Position numbers and translations under genes: made by a program | The notes under the pieces: model-generated | What the model saw: only the letters and a program-made list of their open reading frames with translations | The model's database searches: none | Told to the model about the DNA's origin: nothing | Assembly (NCBI GenBank): GCA_947627185.1 | Contig: CANQVF010000008.1 | Coordinates: 6,403 to 70,402, forward strand | Reading direction: 5' to 3' | DNA: 64,000 nt | From: an uncultured Clostridia bacterium | GTDB lineage: Bacteria > Bacillota > Clostridia > TANB77 > CAG-508 | Part shown: in pieces, positions 46,667 to 57,888 of the stretch | Position numbering within the stretch: the first letter of the stretch is position 1 | How the letters are laid out: every line of letters starts with the position of its first letter

Positions 46667-47560
46667 CTATATTTTTCTTATTAAATCTTCTATTTCTTCT
46701 CTTGTAAGTCCAGTTATTTTTACAATATTTTCTATTTTTTCTCCAGATTCAAGCATAGTTTTTGCTATTTCTAATATTGCAATTTTTCTACCATTTTTAA
46801 TGCCTTGCTCAATTCCCTTATTTATACCTTCTTCATAAACATATGCTTCTCTTGCTTTATCATCCATTATTTTCTTTTCCATTAGCTCTGCTATTCTCTC
46901 TTCATATTCATCTTGTCTCATTTTGTCTAATTCCTCTTTGGCTTTCTTTATATCTTTATTTTCTTTCATTTCTTCTTCCTCCATACTGTCTGGATTTAAT
47001 AAAAATTTCGCCCATAAAATTAACTTTTCTTCTTTTTTATCATTCTTATTGATAAACTTTTCTAGTTTGGGTAACTCAATTATATGTAGTTCAAATACTT
47101 CTGTCAATATCGTTTTTCTATAATCTTTTTCTCTTATTTTCCATTCTGTATGAAATTTTTTTATTTCTTTTAAATTTGTCATTTCGAATTTTGTTATTAG
47201 AATTAAAATTGTTTTATTGAGTGTTATATAATCTTTTCCTGAGCTAATTCCTTTTGAATATAATTTGCTCCAATAGTACATTAGTCTTTTTTCTATATCT
47301 TTTCGATTTTCAACTTGCATTTCTATATCACATATTATATTAGAATCTAATTTGGCTTTAATATCTAATATACCTATTTTTCCATTTATTAATTCTTTTT
47401 CTAATATTGTGTTTCCATCTAGATTGATATTTTGAATTTTCTTTCCTATTATTGAGCTTACTAAATCTTTTGTTATTTCTTCATTTCCAACTTGTCCAAA
47501 TATTTTTTTGAAAACATAATCGTTTGTTGGAACAACTGCTGTGTGTTTTTCTATATTCAT
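46667..47560 (-). CDS. Rpn-family recombination-promoting nuclease / PD-(D/E)XK putative transposase
   Basis: N-terminal NDYVFKKIFG and ILDIKAKL...CDIEMQV nuclease core, with a Glu/Lys-rich C-terminal tail. Confidence 0.75.
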   Translation of the reverse strand: MNIEKHTAVVPTNDYVFKKIFGQVGNEEITKDLVSSIIGKKIQNINLDGNTILEKELINGKIGILDIKAKLDSNIICDIEMQVENRKDIEKRLMYYWSKLYSKGISSGKDYITLNKTILILITKFEMTNLKEIKKFHTEWKIREKDYRKTILTEVFELHIIELPKLEKFINKNDKKEEKLILWAKFLLNPDSMEEEEMKENKDIKKAKEELDKMRQDEYEERIAELMEKKIMDDKAREAYVYEEGINKGIEQGIKNGRKIAILEIAKTMLESGEKIENIVKITGLTREEIEDLIRKI

Positions 47561-47822
47561 TCCTCCTTTTGTATAATTTTTTCTTTTAATTTTACTTATT
47601 TGAAAATTTTTGACGATTTGTCATAAGATAAAAATTTTAATTTTAAGATTAATTATAAAAATTTAAATTTAGTTTTTATAAAATAAAACTATAAAATTTG
47701 AAATATAATAGCACTTTAAAAGCACATTGTCAATAATTAACTTTATTCTTTTTTAATATTTATTTTTAAATTTCTAATATAATTTTTTTTCGTAAAGTTA
47801 ATTACTTTATGAAAATATATAT

Positions 47823-48095
47823 TTAATTACTTACATTGTTAAAAAAATTTTTTCTTAATATTTTAATAATAATAAAATTGTTATTTGCATACCATGGAAA
47901 TGTTTTTTTATTTTCTATAGCAATATTTTCATTTAAAATATATTTATCTAAATCATATTCAAAATTAGGAGAATATTTATTTAAATCGTAAGTATTAATG
48001 CATATTTTATGTCCAAATTTTTCTTGCAAATTTCTAGCACAAGCATATTCAAATAACTGATTTCCTAATCTGCCTCTAATATTTAAATATATCAT
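47823..48095 (-). pseudogene. N-terminal fragment of a GT11 alpha-1,2-fucosyltransferase
   Basis: MIYLNIRGRLGNQLFEYA matches the GT11 N-terminal motif (GGLGNQMFQYA). The ORF stops after 90 aa, before the HxRRGDY region. Confidence 0.55.
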
Positions 48096-48136
48096 TTTAA
48101 CCTCTAATAATTATTAATTTTTAATAACAACATTTT

Positions 48137-49171
48137 TTAATTATTTTCTTTCTGTTTTTTTCTTAATTTAGCCAATATATTTATAAGCCAAAACATTTTC
48201 AAATCAATCATTTTTAATATAATTTTTCTTTGCATATCAATTTTAGAATAATTGGCATTTTTAAGTGATTCTCGTATTAATGGATTTTCTAAATATTTTA
48301 TATATTTTTCTTTTTTTATTTTATATTTTTCAATATTTGATGGATTAAAATACCCACTTATTGCTGTAGTTACAATAACATACAGTAATCGATTATAGAA
48401 CATTTGTAAAATATCTTTATTGTCATCTAAAGTACATATATATTTTTTTATTTCTTCAAAACATTTTAATACATATAAATGATTTTTTTCATCATGACTT
48501 GATGAAATAGAATTTGAATTATACATATAATGATAAAAATATTCTTCTGTAAAAAATATTTTTTTAGCTTTTCCTAATAATCTTAAATTAAATTCTATTC
48601 CTTCTGCACCTTGTCTTAACTTTTCATTGTGAAAAATACAATTATCAATAAGTAATTCTTTTTTTATTATTTTTGCAAATGCAGCAGAAATATTGCCTTC
48701 ATAATCTAAGACTTCTTTTTGCCAATATTTACATTCATCGTTAACATAAGTCTTTTTATCTATAAACTTTGAATATGAATATTTATATGTCTTATTTCCA
48801 TAATCTTTTATAATTGCACTAACAATTATATCTAATTCTGAATCTTTGATTGCATAATTATATAATGTTTCACACATAGTGCTTTCAATCCAATCATCTC
48901 CATCTACAAAAGTAATCCATTCTCCATTTGACTTATTTACTCCCGTATTTCTTGCTGCACTTAATCCTCTGTTTTCTTGATGAATTACTATAATTCTGTC
49001 ATCAACTTTGGAATATTCATCACATATTTTTCCACAATTATCTGGTGATCCATCATCTACTAACACTATTTCTATTTCTTTTAATGTTTGATTTATTAAA
49101 CTTTCTATGTTTTTTCTTAAAAACTTTTCAGCAACTTTATAAATTGGAACTATTATACTAATCTTGCACAT
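48137..49171 (-). CDS. GT2-family glycosyltransferase
   Basis: ISIIVPIYKV, VDDGSPD and the DGDDW (DxD) motif. Confidence 0.85.
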   Translation of the reverse strand: MCKISIIVPIYKVAEKFLRKNIESLINQTLKEIEIVLVDDGSPDNCGKICDEYSKVDDRIIVIHQENRGLSAARNTGVNKSNGEWITFVDGDDWIESTMCETLYNYAIKDSELDIIVSAIIKDYGNKTYKYSYSKFIDKKTYVNDECKYWQKEVLDYEGNISAAFAKIIKKELLIDNCIFHNEKLRQGAEGIEFNLRLLGKAKKIFFTEEYFYHYMYNSNSISSSHDEKNHLYVLKCFEEIKKYICTLDDNKDILQMFYNRLLYVIVTTAISGYFNPSNIEKYKIKKEKYIKYLENPLIRESLKNANYSKIDMQRKIILKMIDLKMFWLINILAKLRKKQKENN

Positions 49172-49222
49172 ATTTCCCCTTAAAACATTTATAATAATAT
49201 AATTTTGTTTATTATAATTATT

Positions 49223-50419
49223 TCATTTATTAATTAATTTTTTTGCCACTTTTTTTAGTTTATTGTATAAAGTCGTGTGCACAAATATTTTTCTAATTCT
49301 TCTTTCCACTTTAACTTTAATGCTATCTGGAAAATATTTTTCAAAAAATTTATCTGGTGGTAAAATTCTTATATCATTAAAAAATTCATTTCTTTTTTCA
49401 TTTGGTATTGGAGCAGTTTTTAATTCTTTTACATTATTCGTTGCTACATCCATTGAAATTTCTTCATAATTAAATTTATTTTTTATTTCATTAAAAATTT
49501 CAATAGCTTTTTTATTATGAACAATTACTCTTGTTGTTCCTTTATTATCATCTAGTTCTTTACAAATTTCTCCTATTGTAAAACAATCCCATATTGTAAA
49601 ATCGCTCACCCTATTAGGATTTCTAAATTTGCAGTCAAAGCAAGCAGGTCTATCGGAATAGTTTTTAAAAAATGCTCGTAAATAAGGATCTGTTTCTACT
49701 CCTTGATAATAGCTATTATTATCACTTTTTAAAGTCATTGTTGAATATTTATATCCATATTTTTCCTTATTCCTAAAAGCTATTGCGTTAAACTTATCTA
49801 CGTTTAACTTAATCTTTTGATATTCTATATATTTTTTTAAAACTAATGGTGATGGTACTGCTCTACAAACAACATCTACTGTAATTAAATTCTCATATTC
49901 ATATTGTAAATATTTTTTTAGTCCTTGTATTTGACACGGTGTACCACTAAAACATACTAATCTACCACTATCTAAAAAATTTTTAGTTTCTTTAAAACAC
50001 TCTTTGACATCACTTTGTACATATTTACTTCCTCTAAATTTTCCTAATTCTTCTTTATTTTCCACATATGTATGATGTACATAAAACTCATCATCAAAAG
50101 TTGCACCAAATACAACTCCATTTTTAGATATTACATATTCTGCTATTGCTGTAAAAGCTCCGCCAGATGTACTTTCCATTCTAACTTGGTCATCTTTGTT
50201 ATTAACTACATATGCTTTTTGCATTTCATTTTTTAAATTTAATTTATTCGTAATTGGACATACTTTTTCACAAAGTCCACAATTAATACATATTTTTTGA
50301 TCAACTTTAGGATACAAAAAGCCTTCATCATCTTCTATCATTTTTATTGCATTTACAGGACATATATTCTTACATGCTGTACAACCGCAACATTTTGATT
50401 TTTCCTTTATATCAATCAT
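49223..50419 (-). CDS. FrhB-like (coenzyme F420 hydrogenase/dehydrogenase beta-related) protein with an N-terminal 2x[4Fe-4S] ferredoxin motif
   Basis: CCGCTACKNICP and CINCGLCEKVCP motifs. It pairs with a pyruvyl transferase, an arrangement seen in many polysaccharide loci. Confidence 0.7.
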   Translation of the reverse strand: MIDIKEKSKCCGCTACKNICPVNAIKMIEDDEGFLYPKVDQKICINCGLCEKVCPITNKLNLKNEMQKAYVVNNKDDQVRMESTSGGAFTAIAEYVISKNGVVFGATFDDEFYVHHTYVENKEELGKFRGSKYVQSDVKECFKETKNFLDSGRLVCFSGTPCQIQGLKKYLQYEYENLITVDVVCRAVPSPLVLKKYIEYQKIKLNVDKFNAIAFRNKEKYGYKYSTMTLKSDNNSYYQGVETDPYLRAFFKNYSDRPACFDCKFRNPNRVSDFTIWDCFTIGEICKELDDNKGTTRVIVHNKKAIEIFNEIKNKFNYEEISMDVATNNVKELKTAPIPNEKRNEFFNDIRILPPDKFFEKYFPDSIKVKVERRIRKIFVHTTLYNKLKKVAKKLINK

Positions 50420-50428
50420 ATTTTTTCC

Positions 50429-51595
50429 TCATAACCCTAGAGAATTTCTTAAAAATTTTTTAGATAGTTCTCTAAAATCTTCTAATTTTTTATTAACCTC
50501 ATCATAATTTATATTTAACTTTAAAACATCTTGCACACTTTCATTTCCATCTAGCAATCTTTCTTTTAAATCAACTATTTCTAACAATGAATCTAATCTT
50601 GAATTTGTTGACATTTTAGAATTTTTAGTATGTCTTCTAAATGAAAAAAATTTTCTATTATTTATTAATGAGAAAACTGTACCATGAAATGAATCTGTAC
50701 AAATAATCTCAGCATTTCTTATTAAATTTAAAAATTCTGATGGTCCTATATCATATGGAGTTTCATCTGCAAACATATCAGCATATTTTACATATTCATC
50801 TGCATGATTTAATGAAACAATTTTATATCCTGTATTTTTCCTTAAATCTTCTACAAATTTTAAATATTTTATATTATTTCCTAAAAAATAGCATAAAATA
50901 TATTTATCTTGTAATATAGGAGTTTCTTTTTGAATACACATCCATTCATCTTTGTTAAATAATAATGTTGGATCACATACAACTTCTGAATTCTTATCTG
51001 TTAAATCCTTAATTATTTCTTTTCCTGAAATTTCTCTTGTTGATAAAAAATCTATTCTATTCAAAAATTTTTTATATTGATCTTCATACTTTTTGGGTAT
51101 GCTTTTTATTCCAAAACTTGTTGCATATGAAATTTTATTTATTTCATCTGGAACCCAATTTAAAGTATAATAATTAGCTATTACATTAACTGGAAGCCAT
51201 AATTGATCACTTCCTACTATTACATCACTATAATTAACACAATTTTTTTCCAAATCTTGATATGTTTCAAATTTCTCAGATAATTTATAATTATTCTTTA
51301 TAAATTCATCATATTTTTTATTTCTAATTTCTATATTTTTATTTAAATTTTTATTTAATTTTTTATCTATTTTTAGTTTAATCATTCCAAATTTTGATTT
51401 AATAAAAGATAAATTAAAAATTTGCCCCATATAATATTTTTTTTTACCTTTTTTGAAATCTTTATTATATTCAATATTTATTGTCTCATTTTCTACATTC
51501 ATATCATCTAATATTTTTTGAGTAGCAAATGCTTGTAATTGACTTCCATAATTATGTTTAAAATAACATGATACTATAGCGACTTTTTTATCCAT
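50429..51595 (-). CDS. Polysaccharide pyruvyl transferase family protein
   Basis: N-terminal NYGSQLQAFA and C-terminal TDSFHGTVFS blocks. Confidence 0.75.
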   Translation of the reverse strand: MDKKVAIVSCYFKHNYGSQLQAFATQKILDDMNVENETINIEYNKDFKKGKKKYYMGQIFNLSFIKSKFGMIKLKIDKKLNKNLNKNIEIRNKKYDEFIKNNYKLSEKFETYQDLEKNCVNYSDVIVGSDQLWLPVNVIANYYTLNWVPDEINKISYATSFGIKSIPKKYEDQYKKFLNRIDFLSTREISGKEIIKDLTDKNSEVVCDPTLLFNKDEWMCIQKETPILQDKYILCYFLGNNIKYLKFVEDLRKNTGYKIVSLNHADEYVKYADMFADETPYDIGPSEFLNLIRNAEIICTDSFHGTVFSLINNRKFFSFRRHTKNSKMSTNSRLDSLLEIVDLKERLLDGNESVQDVLKLNINYDEVNKKLEDFRELSKKFLRNSLGL

Positions 51596-51644
51596 ATACT
51601 AAATTCTCCTACATTTGTTATCTTCATATGTAATAATATTTTCA

Positions 51645-52754
51645 TCATACTAACAACATTAAATATTCATTTAAAAATCTTTTGCTTTCTATTTTTACAT
51701 CATATTTTTTTTCTTCAGTTATATCTATGCTATATGTTCTTTCTTTTTTATTACTTTTTAAAATTAAATTGTTCCAATCTTTTAAAGAAGATAATGAACA
51801 AAATTCAACTAAATTACTAATTTTTACTTCTTGTGGTACATTTTTTGAACATATGCAAGGTAGTCCACTACATTGAGCCTCAATAGCAACAATTCCTAAT
51901 CCCTCATAAAAACTTGGTAAAAGAAGTAAATCCATTGCTTGCATTAATTCATTTACATTATTCCTTACCCCTAAAAATTTAACGTATTCTTGCAATCCCA
52001 TTTTATTAACTTTATTTTTAATCTTTTTTTCTAAAGGACCATCTCCAATTAATAGTAATACAGCTTGTTCTTCTTCTTTATGTATTTGATTAAAAATATT
52101 TATTAAGAATTCATGATTTTTCTGTTTAACAAATCTTCCAACATGTCCTATTACAAATTTATCTTCTATTCCTAATTCTTTTCTTATTTTCTTTCTAGTT
52201 TCTTCATTATATTTAAATTTATCTATATCTATTGCATTATGTATTACTGTAACTTTTCCATCATTAAACGTTTTATCACCAAAAAGCCATCTTCCAGCAT
52301 ATTCGCTACAAGCAAAGTAATGTGTAGCAAATATTTTTGAAAATGGTTTTAATAAACTTTTAATTATATTCTTTTTCCATTCTTTTATATTAGAAGTTGA
52401 ATGTGAATGAGATATTCTTATTGGTACACCAACTTTTTTGGCGCAATATAATGGAAAAACGCTTAAAGTATTAATATGTGAATGCACTATTTTATAATTA
52501 TTATTTTTTAAAGTTTTTGATAATTTATTCATATAAGAAAAAATTTTTTGATATGGCGGAATTTCTATAATTCTTCCTCCCAAACTTTCAATTTCCTCTT
52601 TAGGTACACAAGTTGAATCCGAATCAATAATAAAATCAAATTGAATTTTTTCTCTATCTATATTTCTGTAGTAGTTCATTACAAATGTTTCTACACCACC
52701 ACCAACCATTTTACCCATTATTTGTGCAATTCGTATTGGTTGATTATTTATCAT
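51645..52754 (-). CDS. GT4-family (glycosyltransferase group 1) enzyme
   Basis: GGVETFV N-domain and the EGLGIVAIEAQCSGLPCI (EX7E-type) C-domain. Confidence 0.85.
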   Translation of the reverse strand: MINNQPIRIAQIMGKMVGGGVETFVMNYYRNIDREKIQFDFIIDSDSTCVPKEEIESLGGRIIEIPPYQKIFSYMNKLSKTLKNNNYKIVHSHINTLSVFPLYCAKKVGVPIRISHSHSTSNIKEWKKNIIKSLLKPFSKIFATHYFACSEYAGRWLFGDKTFNDGKVTVIHNAIDIDKFKYNEETRKKIRKELGIEDKFVIGHVGRFVKQKNHEFLINIFNQIHKEEEQAVLLLIGDGPLEKKIKNKVNKMGLQEYVKFLGVRNNVNELMQAMDLLLLPSFYEGLGIVAIEAQCSGLPCICSKNVPQEVKISNLVEFCSLSSLKDWNNLILKSNKKERTYSIDITEEKKYDVKIESKRFLNEYLMLLV

Positions 52755-52757
52755 TGT

Positions 52758-54119
52758 TTATGCAGCCCCTTCTTTATTTAAAACAGCTGATATAGTTTTA
52801 AACAAAATTTCTATATCAAGTCCAAGATTATATTTTTCTATGTAATCTAAATCCATACGTAATCTATTTTCAAAAGTTACAGAACTTCTTCCATTAACTT
52901 GCCATAGACCTGTAATACCAGGTTTGCATTGTACTATTCCATCATAAGCATTTCCCATATCCTCTTTTTCTTTTAGCATATATGCTCTAGGTCCTACTAA
53001 ACTCATTTCTCCTTTTAGTACATTTATGAATTGAGGAAACTCATCTAAACTTGTTTTTCTTAAAAATTCTCCTATTTTAGTTATTCTAGGATCATTTTTT
53101 AATTTTTTATATGTACTATATTCAATTTTGGCATTTTCATCATTTTCTAATAAATTTAGTAAAACTTCATCGGCATTAACCACCATACTTCTAAATTTAT
53201 ACATTTTAAAATGTTTTCCATTTTTTCCAATTCTCTCTTGAGAGAAAAATATTGGTCCATCTTCTTTATTTATTTTATTTAATGCCCAAATAATTACTGT
53301 TAATGGAATTAATATTATGATTCCAACCAAAGAACCTATTATATCCACTATTCTTTTAACAAATTGTGTAAAACATCTAGAAATATAATCTAGAGTATCT
53401 TTAAGCATTTCTCTAACATCATAAGTTTTCTTTTTTCTAAAAGTTACAAGAATTGTTATTAAAGAAATTTTTAAATCTGTAATAAAAGATTTTTTATAGT
53501 GATATCTAGCATCCATATCTAATCTATCTAAAAATGCCACTCTATCTGTTCCAGCAATTTGATATACACCTGTTATTCCTGGTTTATGTTGAATAATGTA
53601 TTTATAATATGTACCCATTTTTTCTTTTTCTTCTGGTAAATATGGCCTAGGCCCTACTAAACTCATTTCTCCTTTAAGTACATTTATAAATTGAGGAAAC
53701 TCATCTAAACTTGTTTTTCTTAAAATTTTTCCAAATTTTGTAAGTCTTGGATCATTTTGAAGTTTTCTATATTCTTCATACTCTTGTTTTATTTGTTCAT
53801 CTTGTAACATAGCTTCTAATATATCATCAGCATTAGTTACCATTGTTCTAAATTTATATATTTTAAAAATTTTTCCATTTTTTCCAATTCTATCTTGAAC
53901 ATAAAATATAGGTCCATTATCATTGTTTTTTAAATTTTGAAAATAAACAACTATTGATAATGGAACTAATAATACTATTCCTATTAAAGATATAATTATT
54001 TCTATAATTCTTAAAATTAATGTTTTAACAGCTTCTTTAGTTTTTCTAGCTAATCTTTTTATAGCATTCTCGCGTATAGTTTCTATGTCAAATGATGTTA
54101 ATAAGTCATGCTCCTCCAT
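52758..54119 (-). CDS. Tandem fusion of two monotopic phosphoglycosyl transferase (bacterial sugar transferase) domains
   Basis: Both halves carry a re-entrant helix, Y(K)FR(T/S)M, DEFPQFINVLKGEMSLVGPR and KPGITG. The halves are offset by 220 aa. Confidence 0.8.
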   Translation of the reverse strand: MEEHDLLTSFDIETIRENAIKRLARKTKEAVKTLILRIIEIIISLIGIVLLVPLSIVVYFQNLKNNDNGPIFYVQDRIGKNGKIFKIYKFRTMVTNADDILEAMLQDEQIKQEYEEYRKLQNDPRLTKFGKILRKTSLDEFPQFINVLKGEMSLVGPRPYLPEEKEKMGTYYKYIIQHKPGITGVYQIAGTDRVAFLDRLDMDARYHYKKSFITDLKISLITILVTFRKKKTYDVREMLKDTLDYISRCFTQFVKRIVDIIGSLVGIIILIPLTVIIWALNKINKEDGPIFFSQERIGKNGKHFKMYKFRSMVVNADEVLLNLLENDENAKIEYSTYKKLKNDPRITKIGEFLRKTSLDEFPQFINVLKGEMSLVGPRAYMLKEKEDMGNAYDGIVQCKPGITGLWQVNGRSSVTFENRLRMDLDYIEKYNLGLDIEILFKTISAVLNKEGAA

Positions 54120-54392
54120 TAAACTAATTCCCCCATAAAAATTTTATTTCAACACTTTAATAATTTAAGACATACAATTGTAACTATTATAACATAAAAA
54201 TTTTACGGATTCAATCTTTTTATGACATTTTTTGTGTTTTATTTTTTTCTTTTAATTTACATTGTTTTTATTCTATTAAAATTATATTAATCTCATATTA
54301 CATTAATTTAATAAATTTACACATTAAACTTCTATTTTGTTATTCTGACTCATATATTCTAATAAAATAAAATTTTAGGAGTTTTAAATAAA

Positions 54393-55722
54393 TTGAAACG
54401 ATTTAAATTCTTCATTTTTAATACTTCAATTCTTATAATAACTTCTCTTATTTTTAGGGCTATAGATATTTATTTTACAGCTTATGTTTCTTCAAAAATT
54501 GGAAGTGAAAATGTTGGAATTTATCAACTTGTAATGAGTGTATATCTTTTTGGAATTACACTTGCTACATCACGGAATTAATCTTGCTGTAACAAGAGTT
54601 ATTTCAGAGGAATTGGCTTTAGATAATCCAAAAGGTATTTTAAAAATTATGAAAAGATGTATTTATATAACATTAATCACTAGTATAACTACTAGCTTAA
54701 TATTATATTGTAATACAGATTTCATAATAGATAAATGTTTACACAATAAAGTAACTCCTTATGTTATATATCTAATTTGCTTAGCATTGCCATTAATTTC
54801 TATGAGTTCTGCAATTGCAGGGTATTTTGCAGGAGTTAGAAGAATTTATAAAAACGCAATTGGTCAGTTTATAGAACATGTTGCTAAAGTTATAGTTACT
54901 GCCATCATTTTAATGCATTATCTTCCAAATGGATTAAACTTCTCTTGTTTTGCATTAATTTTAGGAGATATGTTATCTGAAGTTATTTCTTTTATTTATA
55001 TTTATATAATCTATACTTTAGATAAGAGACGATACAAAAAATATTTTGAAATAAAGAAAAAAAACGATTATACATATAAGATTATTAGAATTTCTTTACC
55101 TATTGCAATTACTTCTTACATTCGTTCAGGTCTTACTACACTTAAGCAATTAATTATACCTTCCAGTCTTGAAAAAAGTGGTATAAATTGTGCAGAATCA
55201 CTTGCTAAATATGGTATTATAAATGGAATGGCGCTTCCAATTATTATGTTTCCAGATATTTTAGTAAAATCTTTTGCAAGCCTTTTAATACCTGAATTTT
55301 CAAGATATAATGCAAAAAAAGATTATAAAAGAATAAAACAAGTAACAAATATTTTACTTTTATCCATTTTAACAATTTCTTTTTTATTAACTTTTGTTTT
55401 ATTTATTTTCTCTAATCAATTAGGAAAAATTATTTATAAAGATATAAGTATTGGATTTTACATAAAAATACTATCACCACTTGCCATTTTTATTTATGTA
55501 GATACTGTTGTAGATAGTGTTTTAAGAGGTTTAGATGCCCAAGTAGGTGTAATGATTGTAAATATATTTGATTTAGTAATAAGTAGTAGTTTTATATATT
55601 TTTTAGTTCCTAAACTAGGATTAATAGGATATATAATTTCAATATATATAAGTGAAGTTTTAAATTTTACAATAAGTCTTTTTCAATTAATAAAAATAGT
55701 TTATTTTAATAAAATTAAATAG
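54393..55722 (+). pseudogene. SpoVB/MurJ/Wzx-type MOP flippase interrupted by a +1 frameshift
   Basis: ORF1 ends ...FGITLATSRN*. The next frame continues GINLAVTRVISEE... Removing the C at 54573 gives one ~443-aa ORF. Confidence 0.7.
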
Positions 55723-55758
55723 AGTTATTACAGCTTAAGCTATAATAACTCTAAAAAA

Positions 55759-56619
55759 TTAAATATACATTATTATACAAACAAAAAGTAAATATATTAA
55801 AGCAAGTAAAATCATTATTTTATCTTTTAAAATTACATCTGTTGGATCTCCTTCTGAATTTTCATTTTCAATATTAAAACTATATCTCATTCCTAGTATC
55901 ATTATAATTGGTACTGTCCAAATCATCAATGTATTTTCAAATTCTCTTGCCCATAAACTATAAAAACATATTGCTAACGATAGGAACATATACATATTTT
56001 TATCTAAAAATTCTTTATTATAAAATTTTAAAACACTTCTAGTTTCTTGTTCTTGATATTTTATGTATTCATTTCTTCTTTTTCCAAGTCCTAAATAGAA
56101 AGATATAGCAAAAACTGTTAAATATAACCAACTAGATATGCTTACATTTATTATTAATCCACCATATAAAACTCTTAAAACAAAACCACTTGCTAAAATA
56201 ACTATATCTATTATTGGCTTATTTTTTAGTCCAAAACTATATAAAATATTAATTATTAAATAAATTAATAAAAATATAATTGATGCTATTACGTTATATC
56301 CTATTTTGCACACATAGATATACATTGATATTATTATTAATAATAATATCAATGCAATTATAATTGCATTTCTTTTTGAAATACTTCCACTTGCTATTGG
56401 TCTATTCTTTTTTATCGGATGTTTTCTATCTTTTTCAACATCTTTTATATCATTTATTATATAAACAATTGATGAAGTAAAAGAAAAAATTATAAAACCT
56501 ATTATTGCAATAATTATTTTTTCTTTATTTAAAATATTTTTACTAAAAAAAAGTGGTAAAAATATAAGTAAATTTTTAATATAATGCTTTACACGTAATA
56601 ATTTTAAATATTTTTTCAT
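55759..56619 (-). CDS. UbiA-family prenyltransferase (decaprenyl-phosphate phosphoribosyltransferase-like)
   Basis: NDIKDVEKDRKH Asp-rich motif and 8-9 TM segments. Confidence 0.75.
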   Translation of the reverse strand: MKKYLKLLRVKHYIKNLLIFLPLFFSKNILNKEKIIIAIIGFIIFSFTSSIVYIINDIKDVEKDRKHPIKKNRPIASGSISKRNAIIIALILLLIIISMYIYVCKIGYNVIASIIFLLIYLIINILYSFGLKNKPIIDIVILASGFVLRVLYGGLIINVSISSWLYLTVFAISFYLGLGKRRNEYIKYQEQETRSVLKFYNKEFLDKNMYMFLSLAICFYSLWAREFENTLMIWTVPIIMILGMRYSFNIENENSEGDPTDVILKDKIMILLALIYLLFVCIIMYI

Positions 56620-56640
56620 TTTTTCTCCTAAATATTAATT

Positions 56641-57885
56641 TTATTTTCCAACAATAAATACATAATTTGTTGTTGCAGAACCTCCAATATTAAGCATTAA
56701 AGCATTTTTAGCATTTTTAATTTGATAATTTCCTGCTTCATTTGCAATTTGTTTATATAAATCTAACATCATTCTAACACCAGATGCTCCAACAGGATGT
56801 CCACATCCTATTAGCCCACCACTTGGATTAATTGGCTTACTTCCTGTAAAATCTATTGTTCCATTTTCTATTACTTCATATTCTTTTCCAGGCTCTGTTA
56901 TTCCAAATGCAGATATTGCCATATATTCACTTGAAGTAAAACAATCGTGTGTTTCAAATAAATCTATATCATCTACACTTAAATTTGCTCTTCTATATGC
57001 ATCGCAAACAGCTTCTCTTGTCCATGGAAGAATATATTCATTATCTTTACTTTCTTGCATTTTTTTATCAAATTCATATGGAGCTACTCTATGACCATAT
57101 CCTTTAATAATTGGTTTATTTTCTAGTTTATTTTTTTTCGTATAATTTTCACTTGCAAGTACTACTACTGCTGCACCATCTGTAACTTGAGAGCAATCTG
57201 ATATTGAAAGCATACTTCCTATTTTTTCATTTGTAGGATTTCCTCTAAAATTTGCTTGTTTTTCATTCATAAACCATTTTCTAGTTTGTGCATTAGGATT
57301 TCTTTTAGCATTTCCATAATTTATACAAGAAATTTTTGCTAAGTTTTCTTTATATCTTTCTTCATCTAAATTATATTTTTTTACATATTCATCTGCTAGT
57401 TTTCCAAATAATTTTGGGAAAGGAAATTCTATTCCTTTTGCCTCTCTTTCATATATAGCAGCCCTTCCTAAATAATCTCCACAGACTTTAGCATTAACAG
57501 TTTTCATAAGTTCAAATCCTACTACAATTACCAAATCATAGTCTCCTAATCTTATTTTAGATATGGCACTATCTATTGCAACAGAACCTGAAGCACATGC
57601 TGCTTCATATCTTGCAGAAGGTACTCCATAAAAAGCTTCATTTACTTCTGTTAATAATGGACCTAAATGTCCTTGATTAATATAATATTCTGCTGCGAAG
57701 TTTCCTATGCAAACTGCAATTTTATTTTGTTTATTTAATTTTTTTATGTCTTCGTAAGTTAAATTAACATTTTTTAGTGCACTATTTATAACTTCTTTTA
57801 ATAAAGCAATTACATTTTTTCCTTCTTTAGACCAATTTCTTTCAAAATCTGTTTGTGCACCACCTAATATATATACTTTTTCCAT
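56641..57885 (-). CDS. Thiolase-family protein (SCP-x / archaeal-type)
   Basis: Active-site Cys block YEAACASGS, plus HDCFT and GHPVGASG blocks. Confidence 0.75.
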   Translation of the reverse strand: MEKVYILGGAQTDFERNWSKEGKNVIALLKEVINSALKNVNLTYEDIKKLNKQNKIAVCIGNFAAEYYINQGHLGPLLTEVNEAFYGVPSARYEAACASGSVAIDSAISKIRLGDYDLVIVVGFELMKTVNAKVCGDYLGRAAIYEREAKGIEFPFPKLFGKLADEYVKKYNLDEERYKENLAKISCINYGNAKRNPNAQTRKWFMNEKQANFRGNPTNEKIGSMLSISDCSQVTDGAAVVVLASENYTKKNKLENKPIIKGYGHRVAPYEFDKKMQESKDNEYILPWTREAVCDAYRRANLSVDDIDLFETHDCFTSSEYMAISAFGITEPGKEYEVIENGTIDFTGSKPINPSGGLIGCGHPVGASGVRMMLDLYKQIANEAGNYQIKNAKNALMLNIGGSATTNYVFIVGK

Positions 57886-57888
57886 ATT

